A stretch of 64,000 nucleotides of DNA, from positions 1,120,001 to 1,184,000 of the forward strand of contig CBDFJF010000001.1 of NCBI GenBank assembly GCA_965248265.1. The letters are read 5' to 3'. The notes beneath the pieces are model-generated. The model saw nothing but the letters and a program-made list of their open reading frames with translations, was not told the origin of the DNA and ran no database searches. A program made the position numbers and the translations under genes. Positions 37,858 through 48,210 of this stretch are shown here, in pieces; the stretch's first letter is position 1, and each line of letters starts with the position of its first letter. The DNA is from Candidatus Latescibacterota bacterium. Lineage in GTDB: Bacteria; Latescibacterota; UBA2968; UBA8231.

Positions 37858-39191
37858 GCATGGCAAGAGCAGGCTGGGCGCAAATCGACATCACACCACC
37901 TCTCGGGTTGGCCATGGGAGGACGCGGTTCGCTTTTCACGCCCGGTGTCGCCGTGCTCGACCCCCTGATCGCCCAGGCGCTGGTACTGGAGGATTCCCGC
38001 GGCAAGCGTGTGTTGTGGATTTCCATGGACATGCTCGGTCTGTCCTACCGTGCCACCAGCATACTCCGTTACGAACTGGCGGCGATCACCGGCATCCCCT
38101 TCGAGGCGATCGTCATCAATTTTTCGCACACCCACAGCGGACCGATGACCGGTTTCGAGGGCTATGCCACGACCGTACCCAAACCAGCGCAGCTGCAGGC
38201 CTACGAGAGTGATCTGACTCCTGCGACTACGCGCATGGCCGTAGAAGCCATCAATGATATGAAACCCGTAACCGTTACTGCACATCGTGGCTCCTCGGAC
38301 ATCGGCATCAATCGCCGCCGGCGAAATGCTGAGGGCGAAATGGCCATGGGTCCGGATCTTGAAGGTTTCTACAATCCCGACCTGTGGGTCCTCGACATCA
38401 ACGCCGATGCCGGCGACGGGCGTTGCATCCTGTTCAGCTACGGTTGTCACCCTGTCATCGTCTACGGCTACGCCTGGGACTCGATCTCGGCTGATTTCCC
38501 CGACGCCTGCCGGCGCAAGCTCCAGGAGCGGGTGGGACCGCAGGTGCATGCACAGTTCATGCAGGGCCTGGCGGGCAACGCTCGTCCGCGACGGTTGGCT
38601 GACCTTGAAAAGGGTGTCTTTCGCCTCTCCGATCCGGATGACGCACCCGCTGTCGGGGCTCAATTCGCTGACGATGTGGAGGATGCACTCAAAACAGATG
38701 GAGACACCCTCGAACTCGAGCTCGCCACGGCTGCGGGATTCGCGATGGCCTGCCGCGACAGAACCCGCATTCTGCCCGTCGAGCACTGGAAAGCACTGGT
38801 CGGCAGCGATGATGAGGCGGAACGCAACCTGGGCGAATACTGGTACCAGCGGCTGAGCTCCGGCCTGGCGCCAGTTCAGGCCGTACCCTGGGGGATCGGC
38901 CTGATTCAGTTGGCTCCCAACCTTCGGATTGCCTGGCTTGCCGGTGAGCCGCTAGCCGAGTGGCTGCCCCTGTTGCGGAGCTGGTTCGAGGACGAGAACC
39001 TGATCGCTTTCGGCTACTGTCAGGATGGACGCGGCTATATGCCCACGGACGCTGTGATTGCCGAAGGCGGCTATGAGGTCATTCAGGCGAACACCTACAA
39101 CACCACGGGACCGGGTCCGTTCGCTCCCGGCATTGACGAAGCAGCACGGCGTGGATTTCTGGGGCTGGCCAGGCAAATGGCCAACGCGTAG
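37854..39191 (+). CDS. Neutral/alkaline ceramidase-like hydrolase
   Basis: DITPP....MGG, LDPL.AQAL, SHTHSGP, NRR, CHPV, ISADFP, QG.AGN, GEP, GYMPT...EGGYE. Confidence 0.8.
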   Translation: MSMARAGWAQIDITPPLGLAMGGRGSLFTPGVAVLDPLIAQALVLEDSRGKRVLWISMDMLGLSYRATSILRYELAAITGIPFEAIVINFSHTHSGPMTGFEGYATTVPKPAQLQAYESDLTPATTRMAVEAINDMKPVTVTAHRGSSDIGINRRRRNAEGEMAMGPDLEGFYNPDLWVLDINADAGDGRCILFSYGCHPVIVYGYAWDSISADFPDACRRKLQERVGPQVHAQFMQGLAGNARPRRLADLEKGVFRLSDPDDAPAVGAQFADDVEDALKTDGDTLELELATAAGFAMACRDRTRILPVEHWKALVGSDDEAERNLGEYWYQRLSSGLAPVQAVPWGIGLIQLAPNLRIAWLAGEPLAEWLPLLRSWFEDENLIAFGYCQDGRGYMPTDAVIAEGGYEVIQANTYNTTGPGPFAPGIDEAARRGFLGLARQMANA

Positions 39192-39259
39192 CGGCTCTCA
39201 GACAGTTGGGTGCGCGATGTAGTCGAAACTCACGAATTGCTCTGGACGGACCAGGTTGC

Positions 39260-41677
39260 TCAGAACTCCCTGCTCACACCGATGAATGGTATGATGCCAA
39301 ACCAGGGCTCGGGTTCGATCACTGGGCGAAAGGTCTCCTCGTTGGCTTCTTCTATGTCGTGATCGTAGCGAATGACGTTTTCGTGATTCAGCAGGTTGAT
39401 GATGTGAAGGAAAACGGAGGTCCTGCCTCCAGATGAATGGAAATTGCGGTTGATCCTCAGGTCGATACGCTGATAGGAAGGCACCCGCGTCCCCCGGAAT
39501 ACCCCGCGATCCTGGTAATAGGCGAAGGTGCCGTCTGCTCTCTGCAGGCGCGCGACGGTGAAGTCGGTGTCGGGCCAACCGCTGCGAAACTGCCCCGAAG
39601 CGTTGAAATGCCATGCCGCGTTGAGCCGGTAGTTGGCATCGATATTGAGCGTGTGCCGCTGGTCCCAGGCGCGAGGCAGCTCACCCGTCTGCTTGGCCAG
39701 ACTGCCGTCGTAATGGATTTCCGCTACATCATCCGTCGCCTCGGATAGCACGTAGCTCAGCCACCACGAAAGCTTGCTCCCCGTCTCGTACTTCAGATAG
39801 GTCTCGATCCCACGTGAAGTCCCCCCGTTCAGCGACAACCGCACCAGATCATCCCGGGCTTCGGGAAAGAACTCGTCGATGTCGGTAAACGAGTAGTACT
39901 CATCCTCCAATCTGCTCATGCGTTTGTGATAGCCGTCGGCACGGAAGGAGAAGCCGTTCTGGAAGAGATGCTCGAAACCGACGACGAAATGCTCGGCTCG
40001 CTCGGCCTGGCGATAATCGAGTTTACCGAACTGGACCAGCAGTTCGTTGATGCCCTGCGATTGATAGTAGTACCCCCAACCGGCGCGCAGGAAGGTGGCC
40101 TTGTCCAGGGAATAGACGGCACCCACACGCGGGCTCCACAAATTGTCCTCGGCATAAGAGGTGTAGTCGTAGCGCAGCCCGGTCTCCAGAATCAGCGGAT
40201 CCGTCACCTTGAAGCGGCCGGCCGCGTAGGCACCCAGCTGTTCACCGCTTGGACTGAGATCCGTGTTGAATCGCTCGAACTGCTCGGTTAAACGGTCATC
40301 CTCGGTGATGAACTCGTTGTGGATATCCTTGGAGTAATCGATGGTAGCCTCGAGTTTCTTAACGTCCACCCCCCACTTGAGCAGGGCGTTCGCCCTGGCC
40401 TGGTAGTCCCAATCCTGCTTCACTCCGATCAACGACAGATCGACCCGGTCATGGATCGTGGCGCTGCGAAAGTGCGCTGCCGGATCCAGGTCGAAATTCC
40501 TCCAGTCTCGTCTCTTGGTCACCGATCCTCCGTAGACGATCGTGCGCCCATACAGCTCCGGTGAGAACGTCGACCTGAGCGTCAACCAGCCGTAGGCGTT
40601 GCCATACGCCGAGTCCACGGAGTCGACATTAGTCGACTGGTTGATCTCGAGTACGTTTTCGCTAAGACCATACGTATCGTCAGCGACAAACCCGTGGACG
40701 GACAGGGTGTGCTTGTCATCCAGGTCGTAATCTACCTTGCCGAGCACATCGTAATAGGACGGCTCGAGACTGAATTCATTGTTCATGAGCCGGTTGAGCA
40801 GATCGAGATAGCCCCGCCGTGCCGAGATCAGGTAGGAGCCCCGGCCCTCCCACAGGGGTCCTACCGAGAACGCCCGAGCATTCATCAGACTCAGCCCCAC
40901 GGAGGTCTGGGGCCGCCCTTCGCGCCGGGTCTTCGAATTCATGCTCAAGACCCCGCTCATGCGATCACCGTAGTCGGCCGTAAAGCCTCCGGTCAGCAGG
41001 TCTACGCTCTCGATCGCCTCGATGTCCACGGTACTGAGGATGCCACCCCCGAAGTCCTTTTGGTGAAAGGGCTTGTATATCTGCATGCCGTCGAGGAGAA
41101 CCAGCACCTCATTCACATCGCCGCCACGAATGCTGAACTGCGCCCCGTACTCGTCAGACACAGTTCCAGGGCTGCGCTGCACCGCCCTTGAGATGTCCTC
41201 CGCCCAGCCCATGATGACGATGTCCTCGCTGGAGAGGCTTTGGCGAACGGATGGCTCGCTGCCCATGAGAGCGTAGCTGCCAGGGGAAACGACGACTTCC
41301 TTCAAGGGGATCGGCTGGTCTGGTAGTTCTATCAACTTCAGATCGGCCGTTTCATTGGGGCGGACGACTATACCCTCAAGTCTTTCCGTCCCAAAACCCA
41401 TTCTCTGGACGAGCAGCCAGTGTTCGCCCGGTGCGATCTCCGCGATCGTGAACTCGCCGTTCTGGTTGGAGAGGGTTCCTCTGCGGGTGCCATCAAGAGT
41501 TACGCTGGCCCCAGCCACGGGGGTATTACCGCCCTGGACGACGACCACTCCTTTGATGGTACCGAAATCGGACTCGGCCTGCGGATCCGATGATGCGGCA
41601 GGCACAGGGTAAACGATTGCTGTAGCGAGAAGGACGAGACCTGCTGCGAGGGATCCACCGTTTCTCATCGCTTTCAT
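39260..41677 (-). CDS. TonB-dependent receptor with N-terminal carboxypeptidase-like domain
   Basis: Signal peptide; plug IRGG..NE....LDG, GGF.A.YGDRMSGV; GLRYD, SPR, DLR; terminal Phe. Confidence 0.9.
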   Translation of the reverse strand: MKAMRNGGSLAAGLVLLATAIVYPVPAASSDPQAESDFGTIKGVVVVQGGNTPVAGASVTLDGTRRGTLSNQNGEFTIAEIAPGEHWLLVQRMGFGTERLEGIVVRPNETADLKLIELPDQPIPLKEVVVSPGSYALMGSEPSVRQSLSSEDIVIMGWAEDISRAVQRSPGTVSDEYGAQFSIRGGDVNEVLVLLDGMQIYKPFHQKDFGGGILSTVDIEAIESVDLLTGGFTADYGDRMSGVLSMNSKTRREGRPQTSVGLSLMNARAFSVGPLWEGRGSYLISARRGYLDLLNRLMNNEFSLEPSYYDVLGKVDYDLDDKHTLSVHGFVADDTYGLSENVLEINQSTNVDSVDSAYGNAYGWLTLRSTFSPELYGRTIVYGGSVTKRRDWRNFDLDPAAHFRSATIHDRVDLSLIGVKQDWDYQARANALLKWGVDVKKLEATIDYSKDIHNEFITEDDRLTEQFERFNTDLSPSGEQLGAYAAGRFKVTDPLILETGLRYDYTSYAEDNLWSPRVGAVYSLDKATFLRAGWGYYYQSQGINELLVQFGKLDYRQAERAEHFVVGFEHLFQNGFSFRADGYHKRMSRLEDEYYSFTDIDEFFPEARDDLVRLSLNGGTSRGIETYLKYETGSKLSWWLSYVLSEATDDVAEIHYDGSLAKQTGELPRAWDQRHTLNIDANYRLNAAWHFNASGQFRSGWPDTDFTVARLQRADGTFAYYQDRGVFRGTRVPSYQRIDLRINRNFHSSGGRTSVFLHIINLLNHENVIRYDHDIEEANEETFRPVIEPEPWFGIIPFIGVSREF

Positions 41678-41901
41678 CTCCCGGTTTTGCTCGGACTACT
41701 CCACTCCGGGATGGCGCAAAGATTGTACCATCCTCCGCTTGCCGCCCTCGGGCACAGATCTACACCGAAAGAGCAGGTTTTGTGGCCTTCACAGGTGGAG
41801 AGTAATCGAGCGACCTGCTGAGAATTCAGCGCTGAGAAACGAGCGCTGTGAGCGATTGGGGGTGCCGAAAGTGGAGTTTCAGCGCTGAAGTCGATCCAGA
41901 C

Positions 41902-43008
41902 TCAGATCGTAAGTGCTCGCAGCGCTTCATGGTCCAACTCGACGCCGATACCGGGTCCCGAGGACAGCACCAGGTGCCCCTCCTCGTAGCGTACCCGCTC
42001 GACTGCCACATCCTCTTCATATACCAGTGGGCCCGCCATGTACACGCCCAGATCCAGGTTCTTCACCGAGGCTGCGACCTGCAGTCGCGCTGCCGTGCCG
42101 ATGGACATCTCCACCGTGCTCCCCATCAGGGCGCGTAACCCCAGCCGTTCAGCCACGGCGAAGGTCTGGCGGCAGGCTTCGATACCGGAATACCCCAGAC
42201 CGGTGTTGAACACATCAACGGCCCCGCCCTCTCCCAGTCTCGTGGCGACGTCAGCATCGGTGATGTGCTCGGAGAACGCGGCACCGGTGGCCTCCTTCAC
42301 CCGCAGAAAATCCTCCACGGGTGCATTGTGCCTGCCGCGAACCGGCGACTCGAAGACGTCGGGCGCATATTGACCAAGGCGACGAATGGCCGCGATCGCT
42401 TCCTCGGGCGTAAAGCGACCGCTGGCGTCGAGCGCGACAAGACGCAGGGTCGTCCCCCAGCGTGCCCTTGCCGTTTCCAGGAAGTTGTCGTCCAGATCCA
42501 GGTCGACTCCGAAGTAATAGCGGAAACCATTGTGGCCTTCGTCTATGCGACGCGCCACACGTGCCAGGTTGGCTTCGACGTCCGCGGCCGTCTGCGCGGG
42601 CGCCAGCGGATAGGCGAATGGCACGCGTTCACGCTCAACGCCTCCCAGCAGCTCAGCTACCGACTGACCCTCGTGCCGAGCCACGGCATCGTGGATGGCG
42701 ATGTCGATGCCGCACAGAACCTGGTGCTCCCACTCCCCCGCTTCGACCAGCCGAGACATCAAGTCCTGTCGCTGCGACAGGTCGCTGCCAACGACAACCG
42801 GTTCCAGCCGTTGCCTCAGATCGTCAGACGACGACCGAGTCACCTCCCAATTGACGTCCGACATCTCCCCCAACCCGATGATGTCTGCGTCGGTGTGCAG
42901 CTGCACGACCACGTGCTCTGAAGCGGCACGCTCCGGATCGGACGGCGACCGTCTTCCCATCTCACGGTGCGTGCGTACTGGTGTCAGCTCGAGTTCAGTG
43001 ATGCGCAT
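41902..43008 (-). CDS. Enolase-superfamily dehydratase, GalrD-II (galactarate dehydratase)-like
   Basis: HVVVQLHTD..I.GLGEMSD, GID.A.HD, R-x-Y dyad (GFRYYFG), ligands D/E/H (LDAS, FESP, SEH), G.T.E.S.GTAA, GP..Y..DV. Confidence 0.85.
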   Translation of the reverse strand: MRITELELTPVRTHREMGRRSPSDPERAASEHVVVQLHTDADIIGLGEMSDVNWEVTRSSSDDLRQRLEPVVVGSDLSQRQDLMSRLVEAGEWEHQVLCGIDIAIHDAVARHEGQSVAELLGGVERERVPFAYPLAPAQTAADVEANLARVARRIDEGHNGFRYYFGVDLDLDDNFLETARARWGTTLRLVALDASGRFTPEEAIAAIRRLGQYAPDVFESPVRGRHNAPVEDFLRVKEATGAAFSEHITDADVATRLGEGGAVDVFNTGLGYSGIEACRQTFAVAERLGLRALMGSTVEMSIGTAARLQVAASVKNLDLGVYMAGPLVYEEDVAVERVRYEEGHLVLSSGPGIGVELDHEALRALTI

Positions 43009-43218
43009 GGTGGTGGGCCCTTTGTGTCTTCGTTGAGTTTCTCAGCTCAGAAAGGATAATATAGGAATAGCTACGATCGCGACTCAGGGAGCATGGTGAT
43101 CACTTGACCTCACCTGCTTCGGATTTACTACAACGCAGCGTTGTACCTATAATTTTAGTCATCCAGATCGGGCCACAGGTCCTCTGGGCCTGTCCGACGC
43201 AGATGAATTGGAGAGCAA

Positions 43219-43278
43219 ATGGAATTCACCCCGTTGACTGCTCAACAGCGCGACGACTTTGAGCGCGCTGAGTCATGA
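43219..43278 (+). pseudogene. 19-aa ORF resembling a PhyH N-terminus, coupled to the next gene
   Basis: GGAGAG RBS then MEFTPLTAQQRDDFERAES*, similar to the LT..Q...F...G starts of PhyH proteins in this window; TGA overlaps the next ATG. Confidence 0.5.
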
Positions 43279-44171
43279 CCATGCGGTCTCGATGCTATCC
43301 ATCCGGATCATCTCCATCTGCCGCTGCGGGTTGGCAACGGGATCTCAGAACGGATCTGTTCCGCCTGCTTTGCCTGGAGGATCTTGTCACCACCTCGGTA
43401 CCGCTTCATCCCGAAGTGTCGGAGACGGAAGAGTTTGACGGGTACTACCGATTCGAGGCGACTCTCTCCTCCACGGCAACTCGCCGGATGGTGGCCACGC
43501 TCACTCTCCCCGATTCGTCTCGTACGCAGTCAGTCCCCGCCGTCGTCTGCATCCACGGCCATGGGGGTACCTCCGCTTCGGTGTACGATGAGGACTCCAT
43601 CTACAAGGGCTTTGCCAGCGCCCTGGCCGGCCGAGGGTTCGCCACGATCGCCGTGGATGTGGGCCAGCATGAGGTGTACGAGCCGGGACGTCTGCTCACG
43701 AGTGAGCGACTCTGGGATCTGATGCGGTGCGTCGATTATCTCGAGGCCATGCCGAAGGTAGACTCCCGCCGTATCGGTTGTGCGGGTCTGTCCCTGGGAG
43801 GGGAGATGGCGATGTGGCTCGGCGCCATGGATGAACGCATCGCCGCCGAGTTCTGCAGCGGCTTCCTCACCACGATGGACCAGATGGAATCGCATCACTG
43901 CATGTGCTGGAAGTTCGACGGCCTGCGCGAACTCGTGGACTTCGCCGATATCTACGCCCTCACCGCACCCCGCGCCTTGATGTGCCAGAACGGACTGCAG
44001 GAGCAGGAAACCCAGTTCCACGTGCCCCTCGCACGCCATGTCCTGTCGGAAATTGAGCCTGCGTACCGTGATCTCGCCGTACCGGATATGGTGAGCCTGG
44101 ATGTCCACGAAGGTGGCCACGAAATCGAGCTCTCTGCCCTGTTGGACTTTTTCGACCAGCATCTGCGTTAG
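43275..44171 (+). CDS. Alpha/beta hydrolase (dienelactone hydrolase / acetyl-esterase-like)
   Basis: PAVVCIHGHG, VDYL....VD..RIGCAGLSLGG, APRAL..QNG, GGHE. Confidence 0.85.
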   Translation: MTMRSRCYPSGSSPSAAAGWQRDLRTDLFRLLCLEDLVTTSVPLHPEVSETEEFDGYYRFEATLSSTATRRMVATLTLPDSSRTQSVPAVVCIHGHGGTSASVYDEDSIYKGFASALAGRGFATIAVDVGQHEVYEPGRLLTSERLWDLMRCVDYLEAMPKVDSRRIGCAGLSLGGEMAMWLGAMDERIAAEFCSGFLTTMDQMESHHCMCWKFDGLRELVDFADIYALTAPRALMCQNGLQEQETQFHVPLARHVLSEIEPAYRDLAVPDMVSLDVHEGGHEIELSALLDFFDQHLR

Positions 44172-44223
44172 GACGGGTAGTGTTGCGCACGACGAGCGCC
44201 TGAATCACTCTCGTCTGCCTGAG

Positions 44224-45369
44224 CTAAACCTCGCGAATGTGCTCGCTCATCTGCTCGCGGTACCACTCCACACCGTAAACGTCCTTCTTGTAGTTCCAGC
44301 GCCAGACTTCCGGATACATCATGATGCTGCGATCGACTACCGGAAGCTTGAATGGCGTGTTGCCATTGCGAGCCGATTCGCGCAAGGCGATCGCGATCTC
44401 CAGGGCATGGCGCAGATCATCGCCCGATGTGGCCTCGTGGGGCTCGCCGCTGTCGATGGCTTCTGCCAGGGCGTCGATACTCGTCATCGAAGTATCGCTT
44501 GGCAACCGCCAGCCTTCTTCGTCGTGAGGGCGATCTCCCGTGAGCCGCGGCACGAAGAGTCCCTCAACCTCAGTGAGCTCGGGGGTCTTCGCGGGATCAT
44601 CCGTCTTGAACAGCCGCAGACCGAGGCCGGTGTTGTTGACGTTGGTGATGACGCCGTGGGTGCCGACGACTTCGATGCCGCGATGAGAGAGAGGACCGGC
44701 GAATGAGCTGAAGCATTCGATCCCGTTTTTGAAACGTATGTAGCCACCCAGCCAGCCGTACCACTTTTCGCCCCTACCGTAGTCCTCCTCATACTCGCCG
44801 TCCGGATCATTGGATACAAAGCCGACGACGAAGTCGACATCAGCCTTGTTGGCGAACTTGCGGACCATATTCAGACCGTGCGTACCCAATTGCTTGTTGG
44901 TCTCATAGAGATTGATCCGCAGCACCTCGCCGATCTCGCCCTCGGCCGCCATTCGATACGCCTTGCGATAGTCAGGGTGGCTGGAAACTACAAGGCCGGC
45001 GAGCAGCGGAATTCCCCGCGTCGCGCAACTCTCGACCATGCGGTCGGCATCTGCCAGGCTTGCCGCCAGCGGCTTCTCACAGAAAATGCCTTTGACTCCG
45101 GCGCGCGCACAGGCGACGACAGCGTCCGGGTTGGCTTTGACCGGCAGTATCGGCGCCCCGATATCGAGCTCCTCCTTGGCCAGCATTTCTTCGTATGTAG
45201 CGTACCCGGGAACATCAAAGCGCTCACAGAACAGCTTCAGGTTCTCGGGATCCGTGTCGGCGACGGCGGCGACCTCGGTCCTGGGATGCAGATGATACGC
45301 TCTGGCAGCATGCGTCCCCTGACGTCCGCCACCGATCACTCCGACTCGAAATACGCGTTGGGCTGTCAT
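44224..45369 (-). CDS. Gfo/Idh/MocA family oxidoreductase
   Basis: VGVIGGGRQG, FCEKPLA, G.IG, GTHG, ESAR.G. Confidence 0.9.
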   Translation of the reverse strand: MTAQRVFRVGVIGGGRQGTHAARAYHLHPRTEVAAVADTDPENLKLFCERFDVPGYATYEEMLAKEELDIGAPILPVKANPDAVVACARAGVKGIFCEKPLAASLADADRMVESCATRGIPLLAGLVVSSHPDYRKAYRMAAEGEIGEVLRINLYETNKQLGTHGLNMVRKFANKADVDFVVGFVSNDPDGEYEEDYGRGEKWYGWLGGYIRFKNGIECFSSFAGPLSHRGIEVVGTHGVITNVNNTGLGLRLFKTDDPAKTPELTEVEGLFVPRLTGDRPHDEEGWRLPSDTSMTSIDALAEAIDSGEPHEATSGDDLRHALEIAIALRESARNGNTPFKLPVVDRSIMMYPEVWRWNYKKDVYGVEWYREQMSEHIREV

Positions 45370-45391
45370 GATGGTGTCCCCATGATATTCG

Positions 45392-47059
45392 CTATTCGAT
45401 CATTCTGGAATTCGAAAATCGCTCTTCGATCGTCAGGTCCTGAAAGCTTTCCAGCCAGCGGGAGGAATCGACTCGCTCTTCACGCTCTTTCAGGGCCAGG
45501 CGCTTGAAGACTACGAAATCCTTCAATGAGAAGGTTAGTGTGGTGACCCGGTCCGGCACCAGGCGCACCTTGAATTCCCTTCTCGCACCTCCGTACTGCA
45601 GCTCCATGGTGCGTACCCCTGCCTTCAGATTGTGCACCAGCAGAGCGTTCATGCCGCCGCCGGGCACATCGACCTGGTCGCTATCGTCGAGGTGGAGTCG
45701 CAGGTCGTCCCGAATCGCCTTGTCGGTCGGCGTGTACACTAGAGCGAGGGAGGCATCCAGCAGACCGAGCAACTCGGCATCTATCGGCGTTTCGGGGCGG
45801 GCGTCCTCGGGATGCGTGCCCAGTGCCACATCGGGCCGATTGTCCTCCCAATTGGGCAACTCCCGCCGTACAACCGGGCCATCCGTGCGATGCAAGACAT
45901 ACGAAACGATGTTCACCGCACGCATCAAGGACGGCAGGGCGCTGGTGGTGGTGGTGGACGAATCGGGTTCAGCGGCGGGTTCATCGGATTGAAGGGTTGG
46001 ATCGCCACGCCAGTTGTCGTGACCCGCGCCCCCGATGATGGCGACGAGTTTTCCATCGAATACTGCCCCGTAGGGACCTCCGCTGTAGGTATACCCTTGC
46101 AGATTGGCGCCGCACAGGTCGAGTCCTTCAAACACGTCCAGAAAACGCTCCGGGAAACCGTCGAAATGGTGGTACGAATGGTTGATCGGATGGGAGGCCG
46201 GCAATGGAGAAATACGTCCTTCGTGACCAATGAGTCCGCACACCAGATCGGCCATTTCGCTGGTATAGCGTCTGTCCCCTTCTATGACGAGAAACCCACC
46301 CTCTCTCACGTAGCGCCCGAGCAGGTCCTTCTCCTTGTCGCTGAAGTTCGTCATCATGTGATCGCTCCACGGCGGCATGCCCCCACCCTGGAACATGAAA
46401 TGCATCGGATCTTCCAGGAGTCGCTCGGAAAGGAAGTCTCTATAAATGACGGGACGAACCCGGGCCAGAATCCCAGTATAGTCCCGCATGTAGCGAGCCA
46501 GGGCGTCGAGTGCGGCCCGACCCGAGCCGGTGCCGTAGAGGTTCAGTTGGGTGAAATTGATATAGCCACGGGTGTCGCGCGGTCCACCCGGGCCCGGGAT
46601 GATCGCGGCTCGGTATGCATCGGCGCGAGCCAAGTCTTCGATGCGCAACAAATCCAGCGCCGTGTCACGGCTCTCCAGATCGTGCCAGCCGTACTCAGTG
46701 GCAGAGGGCATCACTTCCGAAACCAGGGCCAGCGTGTCCGGCCTGGCACCAGGCATCGGCGGGGCCACGATAACCACCTCCGGAACACGGGTGGGTATCT
46801 CCATCGGATTGAACGGCTCGGGGTCAGGGGCGACCGCGGGGACCGCCCGGGCAAGCAACTGTTCCATTAGGGAAGCCGGCGCCGGCCTGGGGCGCAGCGC
46901 CCCCATCCGCCGAGGCTCGAAACGGGGCCGGTAGGAAAAGCGCGCGCGGAACGCCTCCGATTCGTCGACGTCTCGCCAAAAGGGCTCCGCCAGCAGGACC
47001 AGCAGAAGGTGCGCCAGAGCCGAGGCCAGAAGACTCAACCAGACTGCTCGATGGACCAT
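45392..47059 (-). CDS. DUF4159-like domain protein with N-terminal membrane anchor and Pro-rich linker
   Basis: SALAHLLLVLL (TonB-like anchor), L..Y...GGFL, LP.SHPI.HS...F, G....G.LVAI, VNIV.Y.L. Confidence 0.65.
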   Translation of the reverse strand: MVHRAVWLSLLASALAHLLLVLLAEPFWRDVDESEAFRARFSYRPRFEPRRMGALRPRPAPASLMEQLLARAVPAVAPDPEPFNPMEIPTRVPEVVIVAPPMPGARPDTLALVSEVMPSATEYGWHDLESRDTALDLLRIEDLARADAYRAAIIPGPGGPRDTRGYINFTQLNLYGTGSGRAALDALARYMRDYTGILARVRPVIYRDFLSERLLEDPMHFMFQGGGMPPWSDHMMTNFSDKEKDLLGRYVREGGFLVIEGDRRYTSEMADLVCGLIGHEGRISPLPASHPINHSYHHFDGFPERFLDVFEGLDLCGANLQGYTYSGGPYGAVFDGKLVAIIGGAGHDNWRGDPTLQSDEPAAEPDSSTTTTSALPSLMRAVNIVSYVLHRTDGPVVRRELPNWEDNRPDVALGTHPEDARPETPIDAELLGLLDASLALVYTPTDKAIRDDLRLHLDDSDQVDVPGGGMNALLVHNLKAGVRTMELQYGGARREFKVRLVPDRVTTLTFSLKDFVVFKRLALKEREERVDSSRWLESFQDLTIEERFSNSRMIE

Positions 47060-47240
47060 GTGGTGGTTGTTTTCGTTGAGAGAATCCGCCCGTGTGCCGC
47101 GCTCAGCAACACACGACCCTGTTACAGTCAACAAGCCTGACGACTTTGTCCACCGACTTTGCCACTGAACCACACCCCGAACCCTTGCCATTGAAGCACA
47201 TCAGGCCGTAGCATTGAAGTAACGGGAACCTCATGGAAAA

Positions 47241-48194
47241 ATGCAGATGAAAGATGCCGACAATCCGGTCGTTTTCGGTGGCAGCGGAAGTGAGAAGCTG
47301 ACCCGGGCCATCTGCACCTATCTCGACATCACGCCGGGTGCAGGCGAGGTCATCAAGTTTTCCGAAGGCAATCTGTTCGTTCGGGTCCTCGAGAACGTGC
47401 GTGGACGCCGCGTTTACGTGGTGCAGTCAACGGCCTTCCCGGCCAATGACAACTTCATGGAACTCCTGTTCTGGCTGGACGCGCTCAAACGCGCCAGCGC
47501 CGAATCGGTCACCGCCGTCATCCCCTACTTCAGCTATGCCAAGGGGGACAAGAAGGATGAGCCCCGGGTTTCCATCCGGGCCCGCGTCTGTGCCGATGCC
47601 ATCGAGGCCGCGGGAGCAGACCGCGTCATCACCCTGGACCTGCACGCCCCTCAGATTCAGGGATTTTTCCGGGTACCGGTCGATGACCTTTACGCCGCCA
47701 ATGTCCTGTGTGAGCGCATTCTTCAGAAGAACCTGGAAAATCCGATCGTGGTGGCACCGGACGCCGGCTTCGCCAAGAAGGCCAGGCTGTACGCCATGAG
47801 CCTCGGCTGCCATCTCGCCATTGCCGACAAGGAGCGCTCCGGACATGACGAGCAGGCTGAGGTGCTCGAGATCATCGGTGATGTCGAGGGACACACCGCC
47901 ATCGTCGTCGACGATTTCACCATCTCAGCAGGCACCCTTTGCGATGTGGCCGAGAAGCTGATTGAGCGGGGAGTAAAGGAGGTGTACGCTGTGGTTTCGC
48001 ACGGCGTCTTCGCCGAGGGAGCGATGGCTCGCATTACCGACAGCGATATCGTTTCTTTGGTGACCACCGACTCGGTGGAGACGCAGCCGGAGGAGCATTG
48101 CGACAAGATCGAGGTCGTCTCCGTGGCACCCCTGTTCGGTGAGGCCATACGACGAATTCACGAACGCGAGAGCATCAGCGTTCTGTTTCAATAG
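47241..48194 (+). CDS. prs: Ribose-phosphate pyrophosphokinase
   Basis: FSEGN..V...ENVRG, IPYFSYA, DLHA.QIQGFF, VAPDAG, VDDFTISAGTL, HGVF. Confidence 0.95.
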   Translation: MQMKDADNPVVFGGSGSEKLTRAICTYLDITPGAGEVIKFSEGNLFVRVLENVRGRRVYVVQSTAFPANDNFMELLFWLDALKRASAESVTAVIPYFSYAKGDKKDEPRVSIRARVCADAIEAAGADRVITLDLHAPQIQGFFRVPVDDLYAANVLCERILQKNLENPIVVAPDAGFAKKARLYAMSLGCHLAIADKERSGHDEQAEVLEIIGDVEGHTAIVVDDFTISAGTLCDVAEKLIERGVKEVYAVVSHGVFAEGAMARITDSDIVSLVTTDSVETQPEEHCDKIEVVSVAPLFGEAIRRIHERESISVLFQ

Positions 48195-48210
48195 AGAGAG
48201 GGGATCAAAA

